From the NCBI GenBank assembly GCA_903918885.1, contig CAIXFY010000027.1, forward strand, positions 76,542 to 140,541: 64,000 bases of DNA. The letters are read 5' to 3'. The first letter of the stretch is position 1, and each line of letters starts with the position of its first letter. The notes beneath the pieces were generated by a model that ran no database searches, had not been told where the DNA came from, and saw only the letters and a list, made by a program, of their open reading frames with translations. Position numbers and translations under genes: made by a program. Below, piece by piece: positions 46,667 to 55,850 of this stretch. Source of the stretch: an uncultured Verrucomicrobia subdivision 3 bacterium. Lineage in GTDB: Bacteria > Verrucomicrobiota > Verrucomicrobiia > Limisphaerales > UBA11358.

Positions 46667-47518
46667 ATGAAAAAAGTCAAAAATATCGTTACGCTCGCCG
46701 GAATTCTGGCGGCGCTTGGCGCCAGCGCTACCGCACAAACCAACGTTTATAACGTAACCAATGTGGTCACTGTTTTGGTGACTAATATCGTCACCGTGAC
46801 CAATGTGGTGGCTGCTGCGCCGGTGGCCGCGCCAGTGGTTGAAGCGGTTTCAGCCCTCAAAGCTCCCGTCAAAAATCCGTGGGAAAGTTCGGTTTCCGCC
46901 GGATTGACCCTGACCCGCGGCAACAGCCAGACGATGCTGTTCAGCGCGGATTATCTCACGGCCAAAAAGACGCCGCTCAACGAGTATTCGCTCGGCCTCG
47001 CCGCCGCCTACGGTAATCAAAACGATCAGGACACGGTCAATAATTACAAGGCATTCGGCCAATGGAATCATTTGTTCAGCGAACGCTTTTTCGGTTATGT
47101 GCGCGGCGATGCCTTGCGCGATATTATTGCCGATCTCGATTATCGTTTTAGTATCGGACCAGGTGCGGGTTATTATTTCATCAAGGCCAAGGAAACGACG
47201 CTCGCGGTGGAAGCCGGTTTGGGTGAGGAATTTCAAAAGCTAGGCGGCAAGGATAATGCCTTCACCACGGCGCGTCTGGGCGAACGCTTCGAACACAAGT
47301 TCAGCGACCGCGCGCGTCTCTGGCAGAATGTCGAACTGTTACCGCAGGTGGACAAGTTGGATAACTATGTCATCAATTTCGAGATTGGCATTGAAGCCAG
47401 TATTTCAAAATCGTTTAGCCTGAAAACTTATCTCGACGACAGCTACCAGAACCGTCCTGCGGCGGGTCGCCTTAAGAACGACGCCAAGATTGTCAGCGGC
47501 GTCAGCTATAAGTTCTGA
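46667..47518 (+). CDS. DUF481 (YdiY-like) outer-membrane beta-barrel protein
   Basis: A signal peptide starts at the ATG at 46667 (MKKVKNIVTLAGILAALGASATAQ). The body GNSQT...YKAFGQWNHLFSERFFGYVRGDALRDIIADLDYRFSIGPGAGYYF and the terminal aromatic (YKF) fit the DUF481 pattern. Confidence 0.7.
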   Translation: MKKVKNIVTLAGILAALGASATAQTNVYNVTNVVTVLVTNIVTVTNVVAAAPVAAPVVEAVSALKAPVKNPWESSVSAGLTLTRGNSQTMLFSADYLTAKKTPLNEYSLGLAAAYGNQNDQDTVNNYKAFGQWNHLFSERFFGYVRGDALRDIIADLDYRFSIGPGAGYYFIKAKETTLAVEAGLGEEFQKLGGKDNAFTTARLGERFEHKFSDRARLWQNVELLPQVDKLDNYVINFEIGIEASISKSFSLKTYLDDSYQNRPAAGRLKNDAKIVSGVSYKF

Positions 47519-47524
47519 AATCCT

Positions 47525-48229
47525 TCAGGGCGAAAGCCGGTCAATTTTCCACGAGCCATCCGACGATTTAGTGTAGTGCAACCGGTCATGCAGCCGGCTC
47601 GGCCGACCCTGCCAGAATTCAATCCGCTCCGGTTGTAAAATAAATCCGCCCCAGTTCGGCGGCAGTGGAATCTCGCCGAGAAACTTTTTTTCCAGTTCGC
47701 GCCATTTTGCCTCAAGCGCGGCACGGTCGGCCACCGGTTTGCTTTGGTCCGAGGCCCACGCTGCAATCCGGCTGCCGCGTGGACGTGACTGGAAATAAGC
47801 TTCGGATTCCGCTGCCGGAAGTTTTGTGACGCTGCCTGCCACGCAAACCTGCCGCTCCAATTCAGACCAGAAAAAAGTCAGTGCCGCGTGGGGATTTTCC
47901 GCCAGATCGCGTCCCTTGCGACTATCGTAGTTCGTGAAAAAAATGAAACCGCGTTCGTCTACCGATTTCAGTAGCACGGTGCGCGACGAGGGTTCGCCGT
48001 TTTTATCCACCGTTGCGAGCGTCATCGCGTTGATGTCGGCGGGACGATGGTTGCAGATGGCGCTCCAAAGTTTGTAGAGCGCGATGCCGATTTTGCGCCA
48101 GCGGCTCTGCGCCCTGTCCCCAGTCGCCTCGCGGAACCACGCTTCAAACTGTGTCAACGGATTCGCCTCCAGCGCCGCACGGTCAAGCGCGTCGCGTCGG
48201 TAATCTTCGCGAAAATCACCAAGGTTCAT
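47525..48229 (-). CDS. pdxH: Pyridoxamine 5'-phosphate oxidase
   Basis: 234 aa. Motifs seen: MTLATVDKNGEPSSRTVLLK, FTNYDSRKG, RQVCVAGSV, YFQSRPRGSRIAAWAS and IEFWQGRPSRLHDR. Confidence 0.92.
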   Translation of the reverse strand: MNLGDFREDYRRDALDRAALEANPLTQFEAWFREATGDRAQSRWRKIGIALYKLWSAICNHRPADINAMTLATVDKNGEPSSRTVLLKSVDERGFIFFTNYDSRKGRDLAENPHAALTFFWSELERQVCVAGSVTKLPAAESEAYFQSRPRGSRIAAWASDQSKPVADRAALEAKWRELEKKFLGEIPLPPNWGGFILQPERIEFWQGRPSRLHDRLHYTKSSDGSWKIDRLSP

Positions 48230-48230
48230 G

Positions 48231-48791
48231 TCACATTCCCCGGAACGCCGTCAGGCCGAGAACGATTAAAAACAAATCAAACGCCAGCCTTGCCGTGCAA
48301 CCAATCCGAATAATCCGGTCGTTGGCGGTGAAAAATACCAGCCAGTCGCGCAGCTTCCACGGCGCGATGGTGAACACGATGCCGCCCACCACGAAGGCGT
48401 AGGCCAGCACTTGATTCACCAGCACGAACGGCGATTCGCCGAGATGCGGCCGGCCGGTATCCACCATCAGTTTTGCCAGCAGCAGAAAAATCACCGCCAA
48501 GCCGCGCACTGCCAGAAAGTCGCGGACAAAAATGCACGCGCCCACACCCACGGCGGTGAAGCCGATGAGCATCGCCGGTTTGTAGGCCGAGAAATCCGCG
48601 ATTGGCTCCGCGTTCACGATCCACGTGAACCAGCCCGTGGCCGCCAGCATCAGCACGACGCCGGCCGGATAGTTGCGCGGGAATTTGCGGAAAAAGTTGG
48701 CAAACCACTTGGGGTTTATCAGGCCATAAATCTGGGGACCGCTTAAGACGGCACCAATTAAAATAGTCAGCAACGACAGTTTCATTTTCAA
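48231..48791 (-). CDS. Polytopic inner-membrane protein of unknown function
   Basis: 186 aa with about five or six hydrophobic helices. Its stop lies 1 nt before the pdxH start. I recognised no motif. Confidence 0.55.
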   Translation of the reverse strand: MKMKLSLLTILIGAVLSGPQIYGLINPKWFANFFRKFPRNYPAGVVLMLAATGWFTWIVNAEPIADFSAYKPAMLIGFTAVGVGACIFVRDFLAVRGLAVIFLLLAKLMVDTGRPHLGESPFVLVNQVLAYAFVVGGIVFTIAPWKLRDWLVFFTANDRIIRIGCTARLAFDLFLIVLGLTAFRGM

Positions 48792-48846
48792 AAATTAAAC
48801 CACGAATCCAGCGGAATAGACACGAAGAAATGAAATCTGGTCAAAG

Positions 48847-51800
48847 TTATTTACTCTTATCCGCCAAAAATTTCCACACGCGCAGCGCCTCGGTCGCGCC
48901 CCATGCCTGCGCGTCGCAGCCGCGTTGCGCATGCGGCGCGTCGCCGTCGAGCAGTTCGGGAATTTGGCCGAGACAGCCTTCGTTCAGGATTTTTTCCGAG
49001 CTGCCAAGATAACTTTTCGCCGCCGCCACCGCTTCCGGCGAAAAATTCCACACACGCGCGAGTGCCTCACAAAATGTCGGAAACGTCCATGTCCACGCGG
49101 TTCCATTGTGATACGCGGGTTTGCGGCGCGTGTCCTCGTCGCCCGCATAGCTCGGCCAATACGGTTCCGCCGGATTGTTGAGCAACTGACCATCGCGCCA
49201 GATTGCGAGCGGAACGGAAACCGGCAGCGGCGCGAGCGAACGCAGCGCGCCCGGCACGACCAGATATTTTTGCGCCGCTGCGACGCAGCGTTGCGCACGT
49301 TCACCCGTGACGAGGCCGAGGCTCACGGCAAATAAGCAATTATTTCGCAACGCATCACTTGCCGTCGCGTCGCGTGCAATCACATTTGATTTGGCGATTA
49401 ATACGTCAGCAAACCAGCCTTTGTTTTCGAGCCAGAATAATTTTTCAAACGATGCCGTTGCGTGGTCGGCAAGCTCGCGCCATTTTTTTTGGTCGGTCTT
49501 TTCGGAAATTTTTTCCAGCAGCCGCAGCAGCCGAATCCACAAAACTTGAATCTCGACCGGATAACCTTCGCGCGGCGTGCCAGCGGGATAATTCGTGTCC
49601 ATCCAGGTAAAATGACTCGGGCTCCAGATCAGCGCTGAATCGGCATCCATGCGGATGCCGTTCGGCGTGCCCTTGGCATAATTTTCCGCGATGCTCGTGA
49701 GCACATCGCGGATAGTGCGGCTACCGTCCACGCGCACATTAAAAAACTTTTTGTCCGCTAAATCTTCGCATACGGTGGCAAACCACAGCGGCGCGTCGCT
49801 GGTGTCGCGATTGGAAACGTCGTTGCCATGAATCGTATTCGGCAACGTGCCGTCCTTTTCAAATTTGCCGAACGTGAGCAAAAGTATTTTTACATCTTCC
49901 GTTAGACCCGCTGCCAAAAGTCCGCGTGCGCAAATCAGCGAGTCGCGTCCCCAATCCAAAAACCACGGATAACCGGCGATAACGGTTTTGCCCTCGTCGC
50001 GGCGAACGACGAATTGGTTCGCCGCAAATTCAAGTTGTAATGCAAAATTATTTTCATAATTTTTGACCGACATTTTTTTCTTTCCGCTTTTTATTTCTCC
50101 AAGTTCGGCTGTCAGCACGAGCGTTGTGTCTGCGCCCTTCGCCAGCGGAATTTCAAACCAGCCGGGGCTGTAAGCATCGCCGCTGCCGGTTTGCCCGCGC
50201 GTTTGCTCGATGGGATGCGGAATGTGCTCGCACCATTCCGACTGCGCGTGGTATTCGCCTGCATCGGTGAAGACGCGCAACTGACGGTCGGCGGCGGGTG
50301 TAAAAGCAAAGCCCGACTTCTGTTCAAACAAATGAATGTTTGACGAGAAATGAAAATCCGCGCCGTCATTACGTTTTGTCTCTCTGTGAAAATTCCGGTC
50401 TTCGATGTCTACGCGCACCGTCAGGCGCACGTCGGCGTCGGCGGGCAATTGTTTTCCGCGCGCAAGTTTTGCCGTCGGCCGGCGGAAGTGAAACACGGTG
50501 GTGTTTTCACCTGCGAGCATTTCCGCGCGCAATTCGATTTCCACCGTGCGGCCATCGCCGGCGTTGGCGATGAAATTCCAGACGGCAGGCGAGCCGGCTT
50601 GGAACGACGCGAGACTTTTGAAATCGAGCGGCGAAAGAAAACCGTCGGCGTTCACCCAGGCGCGCAGGCGCTTCACAAAAACGTGGCGATCCACCGGCAC
50701 GCTCGGATGCAGACTCGCACCGAGCGCGCAATCGTATTTGGAATTCACGCGACCGAAATCAACGCACAGCCGCGCCATGCCGCCGATGCCGTTGGTCAGC
50801 AAAACCAAATCGGTGGGAGCTGGCAGTTGGGAGATCGCAGTTGGGATTACTGGCTCGGGCGCAAGAAAACGAATTGTGGAGGAAATTCTTTGCGAAGTTG
50901 CGGCGTAGCGTTCCAAAATTAATTCAAATTGCGCCGCCGAATCTCGTGGCGCAAAACAGGCGATATGGCGGTCACTGAAAGCGATAGACTGGACGTGCGT
51001 TGCTGATTCTGGATGCTTGGTTTTAAGCGTCGCGCGAAATTGCGCGGAATCTTCCACCAGCAGCCAGTGGCCGGGCGGCACGAGCGTCACGCGGCGGGCA
51101 TCGAGCAAAGTCCATTCAATGACGCGCGGAAATACTTTTCCGGCTTCAACTTCAGTCAACAAATCAGCGAGCGAAGTTTTGGCGTTGCGCGTGGCAAATT
51201 CGCTGGCGGCAGCCAGAAAGTTTTTCGGCGATGCGGAAACTTTTTCCGACAGCCAGCGCCAGTCGTATTCGTCCACGGTTTCGGCGGAGACGAGTTTGCT
51301 AAATGATTGCAAGGCAAACGCGGCCTGAGCGCGTGCCCGGCGATAATCTTCTCCGCTCAAGCCAACGGGTGTTTCCGTCAGCGCCAGACAAAATGCGGCG
51401 CCGGGCAGAAGATTTAATTCCGTCGCATTTTTGGCAACGGACATTTTTGGTAGCGGTTGCGCAAGTAAATCAAATTTGAAATCTGAAATCTGGAATTTGA
51501 AATCGTGGGCGAGGGCGATAGCGCTTTCCTGTTCCACATCGGTGTTGACCAAAATCAATACCGTGTCTTTACCTTCGGCAGATTCGCGGAGCAGGGCATA
51601 GACCGGCGAGTCGGGCGCGCTCAAGCGCGTAAGTTTCGCACCGTCAAAAAAGCACGGATGGTTTGAGATGAGTTCGTTGAGCCGCGCGAGTTCGGGAACG
51701 ATGTTGACGACGTTGTCCCAATTCAAACCGGTGGTGCCGTGGACGCGGATTTTTTCGGTAGCGAGCCATTCCACGCCGCAGGTAAAACCGAAGCCGCCGT

Positions 51801-53172
51801 TCGGACTCGTCAGCGCGCAAAGACGATTGCGCAACAGTGACCATGCGCAGCCTTTGTAAGCAAGGCGGCTGTTGTCGTGCGTTTCGGAGTAATTAACGTA
51901 GCTGCCGATGCGTTCGTTCTGGCGGTTGGCGTAGTCGAGATACCACGCGACTTCGCGGCCGGAATAATTTTGGAATAGTTCGGAGTAGGCCCATTGCATG
52001 CCGCCTTCGGTGAGCAGGCTTTCGGTGGCGTCCCACGAACCGCCGAGACCTTCGAGCAAGAAAATGGCTTCGGGGAATTCCTCTTGCACGCGAGCGATAA
52101 TGTATTGCCACGCAGCGGTGGGAACTTTGTAACCGGCGTCGCAACGAAAACCATCCACACCGCGCCGACACCAGACGAGCAGCGAGTCAGCGATTAAATC
52201 CCACAGCTTTACGTCGTGTTGTTCGAGTTCGACTAAATCTTCCCAAACAGTTCCCCACGCGCCGGGGCTGGCGAATTCGCCGTCGGTCTTTTTCAGAAAA
52301 AATTGCGGATGATTTTCCTGCAACGTGGAGCCCCAGCCGGTGTGGTTGATGACGATGTCAATGAACACGCGGGCATTCAGTGCGTGAGCGGTTTGGGTGA
52401 GTTCGCAGAATTGGTCAATGCCGGTGGTGCGTTTGTCGAACTCGACGAGCGCAGGATCCACGGCGGTCAAGTCGAGCGCGGCATACGGACTGCCGGTGCG
52501 ACCGAAACGCGCGTAAGTCGTGGGCGTCGGATGCACGGGCAGCAGATGAATAATTTTGCAACCGAGTTTGTTGACGATGAAAGGTAGTTTCTGCGTGAGG
52601 TCGCGAAATTTTCCCGACGGCGGCAAGGCGGCGTAGCCTTGCGCTTCGAGCGATTTGAGCTGTGTCTCCAATTTCTCATCGGCGGTGGAAGCGAGATTTT
52701 TGGTCGCGCCAAAAAGTCGGGTGAAGGCGCAGTAAATTGTGTTGGCGGTGCGCGCAAAATTTGGGTGGACAGAAATTCCCACGTCGGAACCGTCCGGCCA
52801 GTGCTGCCAGTTTTTGTCATCCAACAAATAAGCCTTAGCCTTGAAATAGCCAACTTCGGCGAGCGGTAGTTCGATTGACCAGCCGTCCGCGGTTTCTTGC
52901 ATTGGCACATCGCGCCAAGAGGAATTGGCGACGACAGCACCACCGGCATGGGCGGCGATGATTTCACGGCGGCGGGCGTTGGCGCGGCCGAGATTGGTGC
53001 GAAGCAGGGCGCGGAGATTTTTGTCGCCGGGTTTCTTTTCGTGACGGAGAGTGAAATGAATTTTGTCGCCGACGAAGCGCACGAGGCGCTCGCCGGGAGT
53101 CGGAGTCATGATCGGATTGAGTGCTTCCACCTGAAATATTTTTATCAGGAAGCGGCAGGGGGCGAAATGCAA
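48847..53172 (-). CDS. Fusion protein: GH13 alpha-amylase-family (GlgE-like features) domain + glycogen debranching enzyme C-terminal (amylo-alpha-1,6-glucosidase, GDE_C) domain
   Basis: 1441-aa ORF. The likely start is the ATG at 53109 (MTPTPGERLVRF).
- GH13 region motifs: IIHLLPVHPTP..GSPYA, FIDIVINHTG, VDGFRCDAGYKVP, IFLLEGLG.
- C-terminal third motifs: VIAGYPWFLDWGRDSLI, ...GYPVEIQVLW, ...YHNGTAWTWTF, ...GCDAQAWG. Confidence 0.8.
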   Translation of the reverse strand: MHFAPCRFLIKIFQVEALNPIMTPTPGERLVRFVGDKIHFTLRHEKKPGDKNLRALLRTNLGRANARRREIIAAHAGGAVVANSSWRDVPMQETADGWSIELPLAEVGYFKAKAYLLDDKNWQHWPDGSDVGISVHPNFARTANTIYCAFTRLFGATKNLASTADEKLETQLKSLEAQGYAALPPSGKFRDLTQKLPFIVNKLGCKIIHLLPVHPTPTTYARFGRTGSPYAALDLTAVDPALVEFDKRTTGIDQFCELTQTAHALNARVFIDIVINHTGWGSTLQENHPQFFLKKTDGEFASPGAWGTVWEDLVELEQHDVKLWDLIADSLLVWCRRGVDGFRCDAGYKVPTAAWQYIIARVQEEFPEAIFLLEGLGGSWDATESLLTEGGMQWAYSELFQNYSGREVAWYLDYANRQNERIGSYVNYSETHDNSRLAYKGCAWSLLRNRLCALTSPNGGFGFTCGVEWLATEKIRVHGTTGLNWDNVVNIVPELARLNELISNHPCFFDGAKLTRLSAPDSPVYALLRESAEGKDTVLILVNTDVEQESAIALAHDFKFQISDFKFDLLAQPLPKMSVAKNATELNLLPGAAFCLALTETPVGLSGEDYRRARAQAAFALQSFSKLVSAETVDEYDWRWLSEKVSASPKNFLAAASEFATRNAKTSLADLLTEVEAGKVFPRVIEWTLLDARRVTLVPPGHWLLVEDSAQFRATLKTKHPESATHVQSIAFSDRHIACFAPRDSAAQFELILERYAATSQRISSTIRFLAPEPVIPTAISQLPAPTDLVLLTNGIGGMARLCVDFGRVNSKYDCALGASLHPSVPVDRHVFVKRLRAWVNADGFLSPLDFKSLASFQAGSPAVWNFIANAGDGRTVEIELRAEMLAGENTTVFHFRRPTAKLARGKQLPADADVRLTVRVDIEDRNFHRETKRNDGADFHFSSNIHLFEQKSGFAFTPAADRQLRVFTDAGEYHAQSEWCEHIPHPIEQTRGQTGSGDAYSPGWFEIPLAKGADTTLVLTAELGEIKSGKKKMSVKNYENNFALQLEFAANQFVVRRDEGKTVIAGYPWFLDWGRDSLICARGLLAAGLTEDVKILLLTFGKFEKDGTLPNTIHGNDVSNRDTSDAPLWFATVCEDLADKKFFNVRVDGSRTIRDVLTSIAENYAKGTPNGIRMDADSALIWSPSHFTWMDTNYPAGTPREGYPVEIQVLWIRLLRLLEKISEKTDQKKWRELADHATASFEKLFWLENKGWFADVLIAKSNVIARDATASDALRNNCLFAVSLGLVTGERAQRCVAAAQKYLVVPGALRSLAPLPVSVPLAIWRDGQLLNNPAEPYWPSYAGDEDTRRKPAYHNGTAWTWTFPTFCEALARVWNFSPEAVAAAKSYLGSSEKILNEGCLGQIPELLDGDAPHAQRGCDAQAWGATEALRVWKFLADKSK
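51467..51505. repeat. Short-period GAAATC repeat embedded in frame in the GH13-GDE gene
   Basis: Sequence: AAATCAAATTTGAAATCTGAAATCTGGAATTTGAAATCG. It is translated on the minus strand as HDFKFQISDFKFDLL and reads SNLKSEIWNLKS on the plus strand. Confidence 0.6.
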
Positions 53173-53259
53173 AAGCGAAATTGGTTTCCGGTTTGGGTTG
53201 CGTTGGCGGTGGGGGCGAATTAACTTGGCAACGAATTTGCTGGAACTATTTCCCTAACC

Positions 53260-54102
53260 GTGAGCGCACCGACATTAAATCCTAGCGAAGAAGCTCAATT
53301 GACGCAGACGATTGAGATGTTCGAGGTCATTGTGCAGTCGCAACCGGGCGACACGCAGTCGTTGGAAATTCTCAAGGAGGCTTATTCCAAGCTGGGTCGC
53401 GAAAATGACGTGGTCAACACGTCGAAGCGGATTGCGCAGGCTTACTTGCAGCAGGGGCAGTTGTCCTCCGCGATTCTCGAATATGAGACGGTATTGCAGC
53501 GGCGGCCGGATGATGCGGACGTGCGAGCGGCGTTGCAGCAGATTGAAGAGAAGGCCAGCAGCTCGGTGGTGCAACCGGCACAGGAAGCGGTGTCTTCGGC
53601 CGCCGAACCTGCTGCCCAACGGCGTAAAGTGCGCACGGCTCCGTCTGAGGAAATTGATGATGGGCGCAAGACGATGTATCGGGTTTTTGTCGACAGCAAA
53701 CTGATAACGGCGGGAGATTTCGATCTGTGCTGGCGGAATGTGGATTTGACAATCTCGCCGACGGACGTGTTTGAACCGTTCATTCAGCTATTGCACGAAA
53801 AAGGAATTTACCAGCTCGAAAAATCTTTGAAATTACTGACGGAGAAATCGCGTTCGGTGTATTTGCCTTTGGATCGTTACGATGTGGACATGGATTTGAC
53901 GCACGGTTTTCCGGCGGATATTTGCCGTCGGTGGTGTGTCATACCCGTGGATCGCATGAGCAAGGCCATCTTGGTAGCCACGGCAAATCCGTTTAATCAG
54001 CAGGCGGCCAAGGAACTCGCCGCCGCCACTACGCACCGGCTGTTGTGGTATGTGGCGCAGCCGATTGATATCGTGGGCAACCTGCGCAAAGCTTTTCGTT
54101 GA
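53260..54102 (+). CDS. TPR-like + T2SSE_N (GspE/PilB N-terminal) domain protein without ATPase domain
   Basis: 280 aa with a GTG start. The N-terminal TPR-like helices include AQAYLQQGQLSSAILEYETVLQRRPDDADV. The C-terminal YLPLDRYDVDMDL...WCVIPVDRMSKAILVATANPFNQQAAKEL matches the T2SSE_N pattern. pilB lies immediately downstream. Confidence 0.65.
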   Translation: MSAPTLNPSEEAQLTQTIEMFEVIVQSQPGDTQSLEILKEAYSKLGRENDVVNTSKRIAQAYLQQGQLSSAILEYETVLQRRPDDADVRAALQQIEEKASSSVVQPAQEAVSSAAEPAAQRRKVRTAPSEEIDDGRKTMYRVFVDSKLITAGDFDLCWRNVDLTISPTDVFEPFIQLLHEKGIYQLEKSLKLLTEKSRSVYLPLDRYDVDMDLTHGFPADICRRWCVIPVDRMSKAILVATANPFNQQAAKELAAATTHRLLWYVAQPIDIVGNLRKAFR

Positions 54103-54104
54103 TT

Positions 54105-55850
54105 ATGGCCAAGGTAAAATCATTTGCCGAACGCATTGCCGACGCACTCGTCGAGGATGGGTTGTTGAGTGCCAATCAAATCGAAGAGCTGCTGGAGCGC
54201 CAAAAAAAAGAAGGTGCTCGGCTGGTAAAGCTCCTGATTGACAAGGGCAAGCAGTATGTGACGCCGGATGATTTGGCGGTCAGTATGGGGCGGGTGTTGA
54301 ATGTCGCGCCGGTCAATCTTGGCCGCATCAATATCCAACCGGAAGTCGTGGAATTGGTTCCCCGCGATATGGCGCACAACCACAAGGTTGTCCCCGTCAG
54401 CCGCTTGGAAAACCGACTGTTCCTCGCGATGGCGGATCCCTTGAACGTCCTTGCCTTGGATGACGTCAAGCGCGCTACGCGCATGGAAATTATTCCGCTG
54501 ATTGCTTCGGAAAAAGCTATTGCCGATAAGCTGACGATCATCGATGCCACCAAGAGTGGTTCGATGGAAGACATCATTCAGGACGCCCAAAAGCGTAATG
54601 ACGCGGATGCCGATGGCGATACCATCGAGTCGGTCAGGGAGTCAGCCGATGAAGTGAACCTTGACCAGCTCGCCGCTTCCAGTGAAGAAGCCCCCGTCAT
54701 CAAGCTGGCCAATCTTATCGTCCTGCAAGCCATCAAAGACCGTGCGAGCGACGTGCATGTCGAGCCGTTTGAAAAAGTCATGCGGCTGCGTTATCGCATC
54801 GACGGCGTTTTGATTGACGCCACGCCGCCGCCCAAGCAGATGCAACTGGCGCTGGCTTCGCGTATCAAAATCATGAGCAACCTTGATATCGCCGAGCGCC
54901 GTCTGCCGCAGGACGGACGCATGCGGGTCAAGGTCAGCGGCAAAGATTATGATTTGCGCGTCTCGGTTTTGCCGACGGTTCACGGCGAAAAAATCGTGCT
55001 GCGCGTGCTCGATAAATCAAACCTTTCGGCCAGTCTCGACAAGCTGGGTTTGGATGATGGCACGCTGAAACAATTCAAGGCGGCCATTGATGCGCCGCAC
55101 GGATTGATTCTGGTCACCGGCCCGACCGGTTCCGGCAAAACGACCACGCTGTATTCTGCGTTGAACGAGCTGAATAATCCGCAGTGGAACATCATCACCG
55201 TCGAAGACCCGGTGGAATTTCAAGTTCCCGGCATCAATCAGGTGCCGACAAAAAAAGAGATTGGCCTGTCCTTCGCCAACGCGCTGCGTTCCATTTTGCG
55301 GCAAGACCCGGACATCATTATGATCGGGGAAATCCGCGATACCGAGACGGCGGAAATCGCCATCGAAGCCGCGCTCACCGGCCACCAGGTTCTCTCCACG
55401 ATGCACTGCAACGACGCACCCGGCGCCATCGCGCGTCTGGACGACATGGGCATCGCGCCGTTTTTGATTTCGTCATCCGTCATTTTGTCCTGCGCGCAAC
55501 GCCTCATGCGCCGCATCTGCTCGCATTGCAAGGAGCCGGTGACGTATCCGGCGAAGATGTTCGAAGATCTCGGTATTGACCCGGTGATGTTTGACGGCGT
55601 CCAGTTGTTTCGTGGCCGCGGTTGCGAGCGGTGTAAAAATTCCGGATACGTTGGTCGTATGGCCATCATTGAAGCGATGACCATCACGGATCAAATCCGC
55701 AAACTCATCATCTCGCGGGCCAGCACGCGGGAAATGGCCAAGCTCGCCGTTAATCAGGGAATGCACACCTTGCGCATGGTCGCCCTCGATCGCGCACGCG
55801 ATGGGGTTTCCACGCTCGAACAGGTCATGGTCGGCACTTCTGCCTATTAA
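54105..55850 (+). CDS. pilB: Type IV pilus assembly ATPase PilB (GspE family)
   Basis: An MshEN-like N-terminus is present (RIADALVEDGLLSANQIEELLERQ). Further motifs are Walker A GPTGSGKTTT, the Asp box, Walker B DPDIIMIGEIRD, the His box and the tetracysteine CSHC...CERC. The TTG at 54099 is an alternative start overlapping the upstream stop. Confidence 0.93.
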   Translation: MAKVKSFAERIADALVEDGLLSANQIEELLERQKKEGARLVKLLIDKGKQYVTPDDLAVSMGRVLNVAPVNLGRINIQPEVVELVPRDMAHNHKVVPVSRLENRLFLAMADPLNVLALDDVKRATRMEIIPLIASEKAIADKLTIIDATKSGSMEDIIQDAQKRNDADADGDTIESVRESADEVNLDQLAASSEEAPVIKLANLIVLQAIKDRASDVHVEPFEKVMRLRYRIDGVLIDATPPPKQMQLALASRIKIMSNLDIAERRLPQDGRMRVKVSGKDYDLRVSVLPTVHGEKIVLRVLDKSNLSASLDKLGLDDGTLKQFKAAIDAPHGLILVTGPTGSGKTTTLYSALNELNNPQWNIITVEDPVEFQVPGINQVPTKKEIGLSFANALRSILRQDPDIIMIGEIRDTETAEIAIEAALTGHQVLSTMHCNDAPGAIARLDDMGIAPFLISSSVILSCAQRLMRRICSHCKEPVTYPAKMFEDLGIDPVMFDGVQLFRGRGCERCKNSGYVGRMAIIEAMTITDQIRKLIISRASTREMAKLAVNQGMHTLRMVALDRARDGVSTLEQVMVGTSAY

